A DNA stretch of 21,963 nucleotides from Fonticula alba ATCC 38817 (taxonomy: Eukaryota; Protista; Nucleariida). Within the stretch, counting starts at the first letter, position 1. Each line of letters opens with the position of its first letter. This document shows, piece after piece, positions 1-8,455 of this stretch. The stretch is taken from NCBI GenBank assembly GCA_000388065.2, contig KB932208.1; one strand, given 5' to 3'. The notes under the pieces were generated by a model. It saw nothing but the letters and a program-made list of their open reading frames with translations. It did not search any database and was not told the DNA's origin. The position numbers and the translations under genes are program-made.

Positions 1-612
1 CCCCCCCGGGCACACACGTACACATCCGGCCGGCGGCCCCGGCTCGGCCGGCGGCCGGGGGATCTGTTCACGCCCCGGTGGCCCGGACACGATCGCCGGG
101 AGTTCCATCGACACAGGGGCTGTCCCCCCGGCCGCCAAAGGGACGCCCGCGGAGCAGGGGAAGAAACTTCGCTCCTCCCAAAGGTGGCGGGTGGCTCGCC
201 CGACGGGCCACCATCCCGGGGGGTGGGGGGGGGGGGAGCGGGACGGGGGGACCGCATTCTGCCCATGCCGCCCGGTCGGCTTTGTTCTTTCCTCCCTTCT
301 CTCCCGCCTTGCCAGCGGCACCAGTGGCACTCGCACAGGGGCCCGCGCTCCGGGGAAGGATCTCTCCCGGGCCGGAGATGCGTGGGAACAATGTGCCCGG
401 CCACGGGTCGCGCCAGATCCGGTCCCTTCTTGGCGGACGGGTGTGTGTGTGTCGACGCGCGTCGCGCTCAGGACCAGCCCCCTCCTGACACACCCACACG
501 CTCCACGCCCACTCGCGCACACATACCGCCTCGCGCCTGCCCCGCCTGCCTCCCCCTCTCGTCTAGCCTGCGCCGGACTGCCTGTACCCCCTCCTGAGAA
601 GTGGCGCATCTG

Positions 613-3600
613 ATGCCGCCTGGTGCCGGTGCTGTACGTGAACCCAGCCGGTCCTTCTGGATATGCACACGCACATGCACACGCACACATGCACCGCACG
701 CACGCACACATGCACCGCACACACGCACACACGCACACATGCACCGCACACACCGCACACACCCACACATCCACACACATCCACATCCACATCCACACCC
801 ACACATCCACACATCCACACACGCACATGCACACATGCACACACCCACACACCCACACACCCACACATCCACACACATCCACACACATCCACACCCACAC
901 ACCCACATCCACACCCACACCCACACACCCACACACACCCTCGATGGCGGCCGCATCGACCGCACAGACACCCCACCTAGTCTCACATGCTCCACTCGCG
1001 CACAGCACCTGGCCGATCGACGGCGGATACATCGGCCCTTCTCACCACAGGACCCCGGCGAGGATGTGCCGATGGCCATGCTCGGCGAGCGCGGGCCCCC
1101 CCTCCACCACCAGACCCAGGGGGATGCCCTGCCGGGGCCACAGCAGCACCAGCAGCCGGACAACGCGGACTCCGAGCCGGAGATCCCCTACACCACGCGG
1201 TACCACTCGTCCACCCGGCTGCGGCGGATGCTCGGCTGGCCGGTGCGGCTGGTGCGCCAGGCCTTCGACGATCTGAGCCTCCGGCTGCAGCATCTGCAGG
1301 AGAGCGCCCGCGGGGCGCGGGACACCCTGCAGGTGGATGACACCGGCCATCGCCACGGCCCGGTGGTCCTGTGGGCCCTGGTGGCATACTCGCTGGTGGC
1401 GCGGTATGCCAACTTCCTGCGCCTGCATGTGGCATACATCGTGCTGGTGTGCCTCCTTTGCTCGCTGGCGGTGTGGCTGATTGAAAGCCACAATCCGGCC
1501 ACCCCGCTGACCGGCGGGTACTTTGATAGCTTCGCCGCGGCGGCGGTGACCGTCTCGCTGACCGGCATGTCCATCGTGCCGCTGAGCGACATGCACACCG
1601 CCTCGCTGGTGGTGTGCATGGTGTGCACGATCCTCTGCTCGAATATCCTGCTGTCCGTGGTGCCGGTGCTCATCCGCCGGAGCTACTTCGAACGGACCCT
1701 CCGCCGGACGCTGGTCATGGACCGGCGCATGCGCGACCGGCAGCCGATCGAGCTCCGGGCCCTGACGCTGGTCATTCGCATTGCCCTGTGCTACTTTGCG
1801 GCGGTCATTGTCCTGGGCACGGTGGTGCTGCTGCTGCTGGTGACGCTGGACCCCTCGGCGCGGGCCATCCTCCGCCAGGGGGGGGTGGTCTTCCCGCCGG
1901 GGGCCGGGCCCGGGGGCGTCAATGCCGGGGAACCGCGGCACCCCCTATTTTGGGCCCTCTTCCACACCATCTCGGCCTTTTCCACCATCGGCACGGCCCT
2001 GCACCCGGACAGCTTTGCCCCCTGGGCCGGGCACCCGAGCATCTTGTGGTTCTTCGCCTCGTTGACCTTCCTCGGGCATAGCCTGTATCCGATCATCTTC
2101 CGGGCCATTGTGGCCGGGCTGCATCGGTGGGTGGGCCGGCGTCGAGCCGGCACGCCGTATGCCTTCCTGCTGGCACACCCGCGGCACTGCTACACGCACA
2201 TGTTTTCCCGGGTCCACACCCGGTGGCTGCTGCTGACCGTGGTGGTGATGTTCCTCTTCGAATTGTTCACCTTCATCGGGCTCGAGTGGAATAAGGCCAT
2301 CTTCACCGGCATGGGCCAGGCCCAGCGCCTGGCCAACACCATGTTCACCATCGCCAGTAATCGCACCACCGGCAGCAACTCCATCAGCGTGCCGGACACG
2401 GTGCCGGTGGCGCAATTCCTCATGATGTGCTTCATGATGATCTCCTCGACTCCCATTCACATTGCCCTCCGGTATAGTACCATCCCGGTGAGTGTCAATG
2501 GCGCGGACAAGGTGGCGGCATCGGCGGCATCGGCGGCGGCGGCGGCGGCGGCGGCGGGGACCGGCGGCCCCGGCGGTACGCTCCCCGGCCCGGCCGGCGT
2601 CCCGGGCACCGGGTCGACCGCCGACTTGGCCCTGGGCGGGGTGGCCATCGCCGCGCCCGGGCCATCGGGCGCGTCGACCCTCCGGCGAAAGCGCCCCTGG
2701 CGTCAGGACCCCCACGGGGGGCCTCCCGGTGCCGGGGCTGGCAATGATCCGGCCCCGTTGCCGGGATCGCCGGTGTTGCATTTGGACACGCGCCTGGGCC
2801 TTGCCCCGGCCGGGGATGATGCCGATCGGCCGGGCGACCTGGCCGAGGAGCAGGAGGACTGGCTGGCCGGCGGGTCGCCCGGAGGACGGGCCAGCTTCGG
2901 CGCCGAGAGCTTCTCCAGCCGGACCCAGGCCGCCCCGGGGGTGGGCAACGCCGGGCCCGGGTCCAATGTTGGCCCGGTGCCCGGCGGCGACCTGACGTAC
3001 ATGGTGCCGGAGGGCCTGTCGGCCGGCGCCGCGGCCGAGGTTCTGGCCGCCGGCGGGGAGGTGGCCAACAACTTCGACCCGGCCACCGGCGGGCCAAACC
3101 CGGCGGCGGCCACGAGCCTGGTGCGCAGTCGGGAAACCCTGCGTGCCCAGGTGAAGTCCTCCGTCTTCCGGCATCCCTTCTTCCTGTTCCTGGCCATGTA
3201 CCTGATCTTGATCCTGGAAACGGACAACCTCGGCATCGGGGACCCCTCGCGGCCGGGCAACATCACCATCTTCAACATCCTCTTCGAGGTGGTGTCGGCC
3301 TACGGCAACATCGGCCTGTCGCTGGGCTACCCGGGGGCGGTGACATCGCTGTCCGGCCGGATGACCCTGGCATCGCGGCTGATCATCCTGCTGACCATGC
3401 TGCTGGGCCGGCACCGGCACCTGCCGCACTCCATCGACTCGGCGGTCAACCTCTTCCCCGATGATTTGGTCTTCCTGGCGGTGGTCGAGCAGCAGCTCCT
3501 GCAGGATGCCGCGCCGCCGGGGGGCGGAGGGACCGACCCTGGCGGCGGCGGCCCCGGCGCCGCCGCCGCCGGTGCCCATGCCTCCTCGGACATGGAGAAG

Positions 3601-3909
3601 GCCATCGGCGGCCGGGGCTCCGGCGAGTGGTCGCGATCGCCGCCGCCGGCCTACAGTGCTGGCGGCAGCGCCGGCAGTCCCACCGGCCGCGGCGGCCCGG
3701 CCGACGACGGGCCCCCGGCGCCGGAGGGGCACCACCACCATCCGCCCGGAGCCGGGGGCCCATTCACGCTGGTGGCCGAGGCGGGGCACGCGGGCGCGGG
3801 CGCCACACGTGACGCCTCGCCCGACCTCGGGGCCACGGATCACTCGCTCCTGAGCACCATCGGCCAGTCTCACATGCCGTCCAACCCGCCACCCTCCCCG
3901 ACCCAGTAA
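613..3909 (+). CDS. TRK: Trk/HKT (TrkH-family) potassium transporter; exons 613-633 and 1051-3909 (alternative in-frame acceptor at 1005), about 959 aa
   Basis: Four M1-P-M2 units with pore-loop glycines: TVSLTGM (G codon 1564), SAFSTIG (1990), SNRTTG (2371) and FEVVSAYGNIGLSLG (3313). The C-terminal LLGRHRHLPHSIDSAV resembles the fungal Trk GR.RGLP motif. An in-frame TGA at 595-597 precedes ATG 613. A GTACGT donor at 634 removes the CA-repeat tract. Stop TAA is at 3907-3909. The family call is firm; the first exon is less certain. Confidence 0.93.
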   Translation: MPPGAGAVREPSRSFWICTRTCTRTHAPHARTHAPHTRTHAHMHRTHRTHPHIHTHPHPHPHPHIHTSTHAHAHMHTPTHPHTHTSTHIHTHPHPHTHIHTHTHTPTHTLDGGRIDRTDTPPSLTCSTRAQHLADRRRIHRPFSPQDPGEDVPMAMLGERGPPLHHQTQGDALPGPQQHQQPDNADSEPEIPYTTRYHSSTRLRRMLGWPVRLVRQAFDDLSLRLQHLQESARGARDTLQVDDTGHRHGPVVLWALVAYSLVARYANFLRLHVAYIVLVCLLCSLAVWLIESHNPATPLTGGYFDSFAAAAVTVSLTGMSIVPLSDMHTASLVVCMVCTILCSNILLSVVPVLIRRSYFERTLRRTLVMDRRMRDRQPIELRALTLVIRIALCYFAAVIVLGTVVLLLLVTLDPSARAILRQGGVVFPPGAGPGGVNAGEPRHPLFWALFHTISAFSTIGTALHPDSFAPWAGHPSILWFFASLTFLGHSLYPIIFRAIVAGLHRWVGRRRAGTPYAFLLAHPRHCYTHMFSRVHTRWLLLTVVVMFLFELFTFIGLEWNKAIFTGMGQAQRLANTMFTIASNRTTGSNSISVPDTVPVAQFLMMCFMMISSTPIHIALRYSTIPVSVNGADKVAASAASAAAAAAAAGTGGPGGTLPGPAGVPGTGSTADLALGGVAIAAPGPSGASTLRRKRPWRQDPHGGPPGAGAGNDPAPLPGSPVLHLDTRLGLAPAGDDADRPGDLAEEQEDWLAGGSPGGRASFGAESFSSRTQAAPGVGNAGPGSNVGPVPGGDLTYMVPEGLSAGAAAEVLAAGGEVANNFDPATGGPNPAAATSLVRSRETLRAQVKSSVFRHPFFLFLAMYLILILETDNLGIGDPSRPGNITIFNILFEVVSAYGNIGLSLGYPGAVTSLSGRMTLASRLIILLTMLLGRHRHLPHSIDSAVNLFPDDLVFLAVVEQQLLQDAAPPGGGGTDPGGGGPGAAAAGAHASSDMEKAIGGRGSGEWSRSPPPAYSAGGSAGSPTGRGGPADDGPPAPEGHHHHPPGAGGPFTLVAEAGHAGAGATRDASPDLGATDHSLLSTIGQSHMPSNPPPSPTQ
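664..940. repeat. Imperfect CA-rich simple repeat (CACACC/CACATC/CACATG units) inside the Trk intron
   Basis: Directly visible. It produces the His/Thr/Pro-rich stretch in the 1102-aa ORF and the Cys/Val-rich antisense ORFs. Confidence 0.9.
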
Positions 3910-4260
3910 ATAGATAATGGTATTCGCGCGCGCCCGCCTGTGCGTGCCACTTTTCCCTCGGGGTCCGGGGTCCGGCGTCAGTTGGCCGCGGGCGGGGATG
4001 GCCGCGGGCGGGCCCTGTTGCGGGGAGGGCGCGGGGTCTTTCCCTCGGCCGCGCTTTTCCCTCCGGGCATGTGGCAAATGCGCTGGGGGGGGGGGGGATG
4101 GGGGGAAATACGCCGGGCGCACACTGGTTTGTGGGTTTCCGTGGGGCGTGCCTGCCGAACGCGCGCCGGGCCCTCCCGGGAGACATGCCGAGCTTTCTCC
4201 GGGCGCTGGTTGTCGGGGAGAAATCCCCCCCCCCCCCTCCTCCACCGGGATAATGGGCAC

Positions 4261-4266
4261 AATAAA
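4261..4266 (+). terminator. Possible polyadenylation signal of the Trk gene
   Basis: AATAAA about 350 nt after the Trk stop, in an AT-rich patch within GC-rich DNA. Confidence 0.4.
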
Positions 4267-4554
4267 AAAAGTGTCTTTGACACGGCGCCTGGGCCCCTCG
4301 GCCGGGGAGGGGTGTTCCGCCTTGGGGGAACGCGCGCACGCACGAGAACGGCAGGGCGGAGCCACAGGGAGGGGCGCGTCGGTGCTGCTGGACCGGGGAG
4401 GACCCCCTGTACCTGAGGTCGCGTGGGCGCCCCCCCCCCCCCCCTTCCCCCCCGGGCCGGGCCTGCGCCTCTCGCCTCCTCCCGGCTTCTCACCACCCCC
4501 TGAGAGAGGTGGGTGTGTATGTCGGCGGCGGCCCGGCGCGCGGCCGGGGCCAGC

Positions 4555-4562
4555 TATAAATA
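4555..4562 (+). promoter_or_regulatory. TATA box upstream of the RNase MRP/snoRNA cluster
   Basis: TATAAATA in very GC-rich surroundings, 46 nt before the MRP P1 helix. Confidence 0.65.
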
Positions 4563-4608
4563 GGGCCAGCGTGGGACCACTCGCTGGACGGTGGGCCCTC
4601 CCTTTCTC

Positions 4609-4998
4609 GCCGGTCAGAACGAAGGTCTGCTTTTCGAAGGCTCACTCCACTGTGGCGCGCGGGCGTTTACGCGCGTGTCGCCATCCCCCCCCCTCTCCCC
4701 CTCCCCCTGCCTTCGGGGAAAGTCCCCGGACACTGGGTAGCAAGTACCCGCTGTCAACGTTGTCCCTCTGCCATGTAGAGTACGATCGCGAAGAGGAACG
4801 CCCCGTGTGCGTGGTTGGGCCTCCGTCCTCGGCGGCCCTCCCATATGTTATGTGCACAGGGCCGACTGAGCGTAGTCCGACTCTTGGGCGGTGAATCGTC
4901 ATAGCACAGTCATGCAGACTTGGTCCGGCCGCTCTTCTCTCTCGTTGCGGAGGGCGACGGTCCAAAACTCGACGGGGCTTATTCTTTTTCTGACCGGC
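4609..4998 (+). ncRNA. RMRP: RNase MRP RNA
   Basis: P1: GCCGGTCAGAA (4609-4619) pairs with TTCTGACCGGC (4988-4998). P2: AGGTCTGC (4623-4630) with GCAGACTT (4914-4921). P3a: CGAAGGC (4635-4641) with GCCTTCG (4708-4714), enclosing a C-rich internal loop. CR-I GGGGAAAGTCCCCGGAC (4715-4731) matches human RMRP as I recall it. P8 stem GGGTA/TACCC (4735-4749). CR-IV ACAGTCA (4906-4912). CR-V ACGGGGCTTATTC (4972-4984) completes P4. The P4 signature is MRP-type, not RNase P-type. Confidence 0.95.
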
Positions 4999-5137
4999 TT
5001 GAAATGGGGGCCCCCAGCTACCACCACAGTGCGTGTCTTCCGTCCCCTCCCCCCCTCTCATCTTCCGCTGTTCTTCCGCTGTGCACCTCTGCGCAGATGC
5101 GCAGATGTGCTTTCCCTTTTCCCTTTTGTGGTGGCTA

Positions 5138-5214
5138 CCGGTGATGTTGTACCATTGAATTTCTTCCTCTGAGACAGACGTGAGGATATCAAATCGAGCT
5201 TTTTAATTCTGAGG
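5138..5214 (+). ncRNA. SNORD36: Box C/D snoRNA, snR47/U36 (SNORD36) homolog with two guides
   Basis: C box GTGATGT 5141-5147, D' CTGA 5169-5172, C' TGAGGA 5181-5186, D CTGA 5209-5212. Guide TTGAATTTCTTC (5155-5166) is complementary to LSU GAAGAAAUUCAA. Guide CGAGCTTTTTAA (5195-5206) is complementary to SSU UUAAAAAGCUCG. The D+5 rule points to the adenosines equivalent to yeast 25S Am2220 and 18S Am619. An external stem TTGTGG (5126-5131)/CCACAA (5218-5223) flanks it. Confidence 0.93.
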
Positions 5215-5279
5215 GCTCCACAATCATCTTCCTCCCCATCTTCCCCCCTCCCTCCGCCTCTTCCTCCCGCTGACCTTTG

Positions 5280-5301
5280 CTCTCTCTCTCTCTCTCTCTC
5301 T
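5280..5301. repeat. (CT)n microsatellite / polypyrimidine tract
   Basis: Visible CT dinucleotide run between a CTGAC branch-like motif (5270-5274) and a TTCCAG acceptor-like site ending at 5333. Confidence 0.85.
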
Positions 5302-6297
5302 TCTCGTACGCGCCCCTCCCGCTTTCCTTCCAGGCCTCTTCCCTTGTGCCTCGTCGCGCATGGGTCGACTTTGTGGAGGCCGAGGCACGACGGCCGGTTG
5401 CCCCTCGCGGGTGGACGAGCTCTGGTGTGTGCGCTGCGTGCATGCGGCGGGGAGGGGCGAGCGATCCTCCCCCTCCCCCCCCCGCATGCATGTACGCACG
5501 CACGCCGATCGGTCGCGCGGCCGAGGAAACGGCAATGTGCGCACCGCACACAGTGGCCCTGCTGGGACCTCCCTGGTGGCGGCGGTGTGCCCTGTCCGGG
5601 GCGGCCCCTTGTCTCCCCCCTCCCCGGCGTGTCGCCGCGCGTCTTCCCCCCTCCCCTCGCCGTCCTCTGTCCTGGTGACAGGCGGGGCGGGTTCTCGGGG
5701 GGCGGAGCGTCGGGGCCTGTGACCGTGTGGAGGGGCACAATGTGGCGCGCACCGGCATGCGCTGCACCTGCCCCTGGGATTTCCTTTACGCCTTTCTCGG
5801 TGGTGCCCTCTGTGTGTGTGCCTGTGTGTGCATGCCTTTCCTCGACGCGCCCGGCGGCGTGCATATGTGTGTGTGTCTGCGCGCGCACGCTCGGCGCTCT
5901 TCTTCCCTCCAGTGGTGGCCGGTCTTTCCCCTCGTGCCTGGTGTGGCGCCCTTCGAAATGAGCTCTCGCCCCCAGTGCGCGTGGAGCAGGTGGTGTCTGT
6001 GCCTGCGCGTGTGCATGTATGTGTGTGTGCCGGTGCTCTCGGGAGGCGGCCGAGATCCGGGCGCTTCGCCGGCGCGGGAGATGTGTGGAAGGGAGCGCGC
6101 GCGCGCGCGCGGGGCCCGGTGCAGTGTTCCTGCCTTCGCTGCCGCGCCCCTCCTCCCTCCTCCCCCTGCGGCGTGCTCTGTTCTTGTTCTGCATCCCTCC
6201 CTGCTTGCCGCTTTTCCAACACACACACACATACAACACCCCGCGCGCGCGCGCACATTCTCCCCTTTTCTTCCTCATTTCACATCCTCTCACAGAT

Positions 6298-6388
6298 GGC
6301 GATGATGAATGAAAAATCAAAGGCTTATTCAAATAGCAGATGCCTCACTGAAGGCCTCTGTGCTTTAAACGATTTTTTATTCTGAGCC
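6298..6388 (+). ncRNA. Box C/D snoRNA, target not identified
   Basis: AT-rich island with a consensus C box ATGATGA (6302-6308), internal CTGA (6348-6351) and terminal D box CTGA (6382-6385). Terminal stem GGC/GCC; external 7-bp stem TCACAGA (6290-6296)/TCTGTGA (6397-6403). The C' box is degenerate. Confidence 0.75.
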
Positions 6389-6992
6389 TCTCCCCCTCTG
6401 TGACTCTCTCCCCCATCTTTTAATAATTGAAGCACACGCTCGCATCCATGCCCAGACACACGCGCCGTCGCGTGCGTGTGTGCGTGGGATCCCTCTGTAC
6501 CTCGGGGAGGGGAAGGGGCGGGAATTGGGCGGCCGGATTCTGCCCGCGCGTCCCGCGACAGGGGGGGGGGGGGGGAGGGAGGGGAGAGAGCCTGTACGCG
6601 CTGCGCGTCGTCCTCGCGGCGCGACCCCCGCGCGCCCTGCGTGAATAGACGGGCCCCAATTCCCAACGCACGCCGGCCGGCGCGCGCGCTCTTTTCCTCT
6701 CCTTCTTCTTCTTTCTTGCGCGCACGGGGGAAGGAGTGGATGCGGTCGTGCGGCGGCGGCGGCCAGAGTGGGCAGATCGTGAGTCCCCCCCCCCCCCCCC
6801 CCCCAGACCGGCGCGTGTGCATGTGTCCACACCCGGATGTGCCCCGGCACAGGGCCCAGGGCCGGGCATGGGGCCGTCGTCTCTTCGGCGGGTCATGTCG
6901 CTGCACGTGGAAAAGGTCCCAGGCAGCTCCATCCTCCCCGCCCCCCCACCCACCCATGGCCCCATTGTGTTTTCCCCTGCCCATCGCCCAAC

Positions 6993-7993
6993 ATGATCCT
7001 GGTCGGCGTGACTGGCGGCATCGCCACCGGCAAATCCTCGGCCATCCGCCTGCTGAGCGAGCTGACCGGCTGGCCGGTGGTCGACACGGACGCCATTTCC
7101 CATGCCGTGCGCCCTGCCCGTCTTCTCGCCGCCCGCACCCCTCGCACGCCTGTCACTCACCCGCGCGGATGCAGATCACCGCCCCGAATGCGCCGATCCT
7201 GGGCCGGATTGAGCGCTCCTTCCCCGGCCACGCCCTGGTCCATGAGCGCGGCGATCCGGCAGCCGCCGGGGGGGCGCCGCAGCAGCGCGTCCTCGACCGG
7301 GCCGCCCTCGGACGCCTGATCTTCCAAGACCCCGCCGCGCGGAGCCTGCTGGGCCGGGTGATGCAGCCGGCGATCCGCCTGCGCACGGCGGCCGGGGCCG
7401 CGCGCGCCGCCGCCGCCGGCGCGCCGGTCTGCCTGCTGGACGTGCCCCTGCTGTTCGAGGGGAACCTCGACGCGTGGTGCCACGTTTCGGTGCTGATCGA
7501 CTGCAGCGACAAGGTCCAGCTCCAGCGCCTGCTCTTCCGTGGCCTGTCTTCGGCAGGCACCGGGGCCCCGCTGGCGCACGAGCACGCCTGCTACTCGACC
7601 GTCGACCCGGCCGCCTTCCCGGCCGGCGACGTGGAGCAGGCCCTCAATCGCATTGGCTCGCAGATGCCCCTGTCCCAGAAGCGCACCCGGGCCACGTACA
7701 TCCTGCCGAACGAGCTGCCGGGGCAGGAAAACCTCCGCCAGCAGGTTCTCCTCTTCCTGGGGCTCCTATGCCGGGACTTCGGCCTCCGGCCGGCGTCGGT
7801 CCTGCCGGCGGCCGTGGCCGTGGCCCTGCCGGCGGCCGATGCCCCGGCGGCGGGCCAGCTCCGCGGCCCGGTCTCCCCCCCGGGTCATGGGGCCCTGGCG
7901 CACGCCGCCGGCCGCGTCCTCGGGGCGGTGCTCTTCCTGCCGCTGCTCGCCATGGCTGCCGCATGGGAGCGCCTCCCCTGGGCCGTGGGGTAG
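6993..7993 (+). CDS. DCAKD: Dephospho-CoA kinase (CoaE/DCAKD/Cab5 family); exons 6993-7106 and 7175-7993, 310 aa
   Basis: P-loop VGVTGGIATGKS, VVDTD, LDRAALGRLIF, LDVPLLFEG and RIGSQMPLSQK. A 68-nt phase-0 GTGCGC...CAG intron joins the two track ORFs. The hydrophobic C-terminus may be a membrane anchor. Confidence 0.93.
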
Positions 7994-8455
7994 CCGGGGG
8001 CGGTCTTGCTCGCTGTTCCCCCTCCCCCCCCCCTTCTCCCTGGTCCTTCCTTCTCCCGCTCCTCCCCCGCGTGTCAATACACTTGTGCACCTGCCTCCCC
8101 TGCGCCTTCCCCCCCGCGGCTTTCCTGTCCGTCCTGCGGCCCGGAGCGAGCAGGGCTGCTCCCGGGCGCGGGCCCGGGCGGCCGCGCCGGGCGTGCTCTG
8201 TGCGCCGTTGCTCGGCCCTGGCTGCTGGGATGCGAAGCCCCCCTTCACCCAATGGTAACTGCCAACGGTCGGCCCTTGGACGCGATCTACCGCCGGCCAG
8301 GCGGCCGGGCGAGCAAAGAAGGGCATCCGTGCCGGGGTCTGAAGGCTGATCGCCGTCGGACAGCCAGGCTCCTCCCCCCCCCCCCCCCCTGTGTGCACCC
8401 TCCGCCGCCCGTCTCTTTCTTTCTCCCCCTCTTTCCCCCCCTCTCGGCCGGCAGG

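Noticed and set aside
1-600. Short ORFs upstream of the Trk gene
   Set aside because: No homology signal; likely promoter or 5' UTR sequence.
2488-3150. GTGAGT at 2488 as donor of an in-frame intron removing the Trk C-D loop
   Set aside because: The region lacks the poly-C and pyrimidine tracts typical of introns here, +4 A is not used by other donors, and codon usage looks coding. It is not excluded without cDNA.
1945-4365. 806-aa minus-strand ORF and other long ORFs overlapping the Trk gene
   Set aside because: Antisense or alternate-frame shadows of a GC-rich coding region. They are Arg/Gly/Pro-rich with no recognisable domain.
5005-5016. Perfect 12-bp palindrome TGGGGGCCCCCA just after the MRP RNA
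   Set aside because: G/C homopolymer palindromes are expected at this composition, and it has no loop to form a hairpin.
4976-6330. Identical 9-mer GGCTTATTC in MRP CR-V (4976-4984) and in the orphan snoRNA (6322-6330)
   Set aside because: Short, same-sense, and not positioned next to a D box. Compatible with chance after multiple comparisons.
3917-6385. ORFs 3917-4894, 5058-6332, 5224-6258 and similar
   Set aside because: Low-complexity translations of simple repeats and ncRNA genes. The structured-RNA evidence explains the region better.
6476-6992. N-terminal extension of dephospho-CoA kinase suggested by the 505-aa ORF
   Set aside because: The homologous N-terminus starts at 6993 in another frame and joins by splicing at 7175. 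The upstream part is non-coding.
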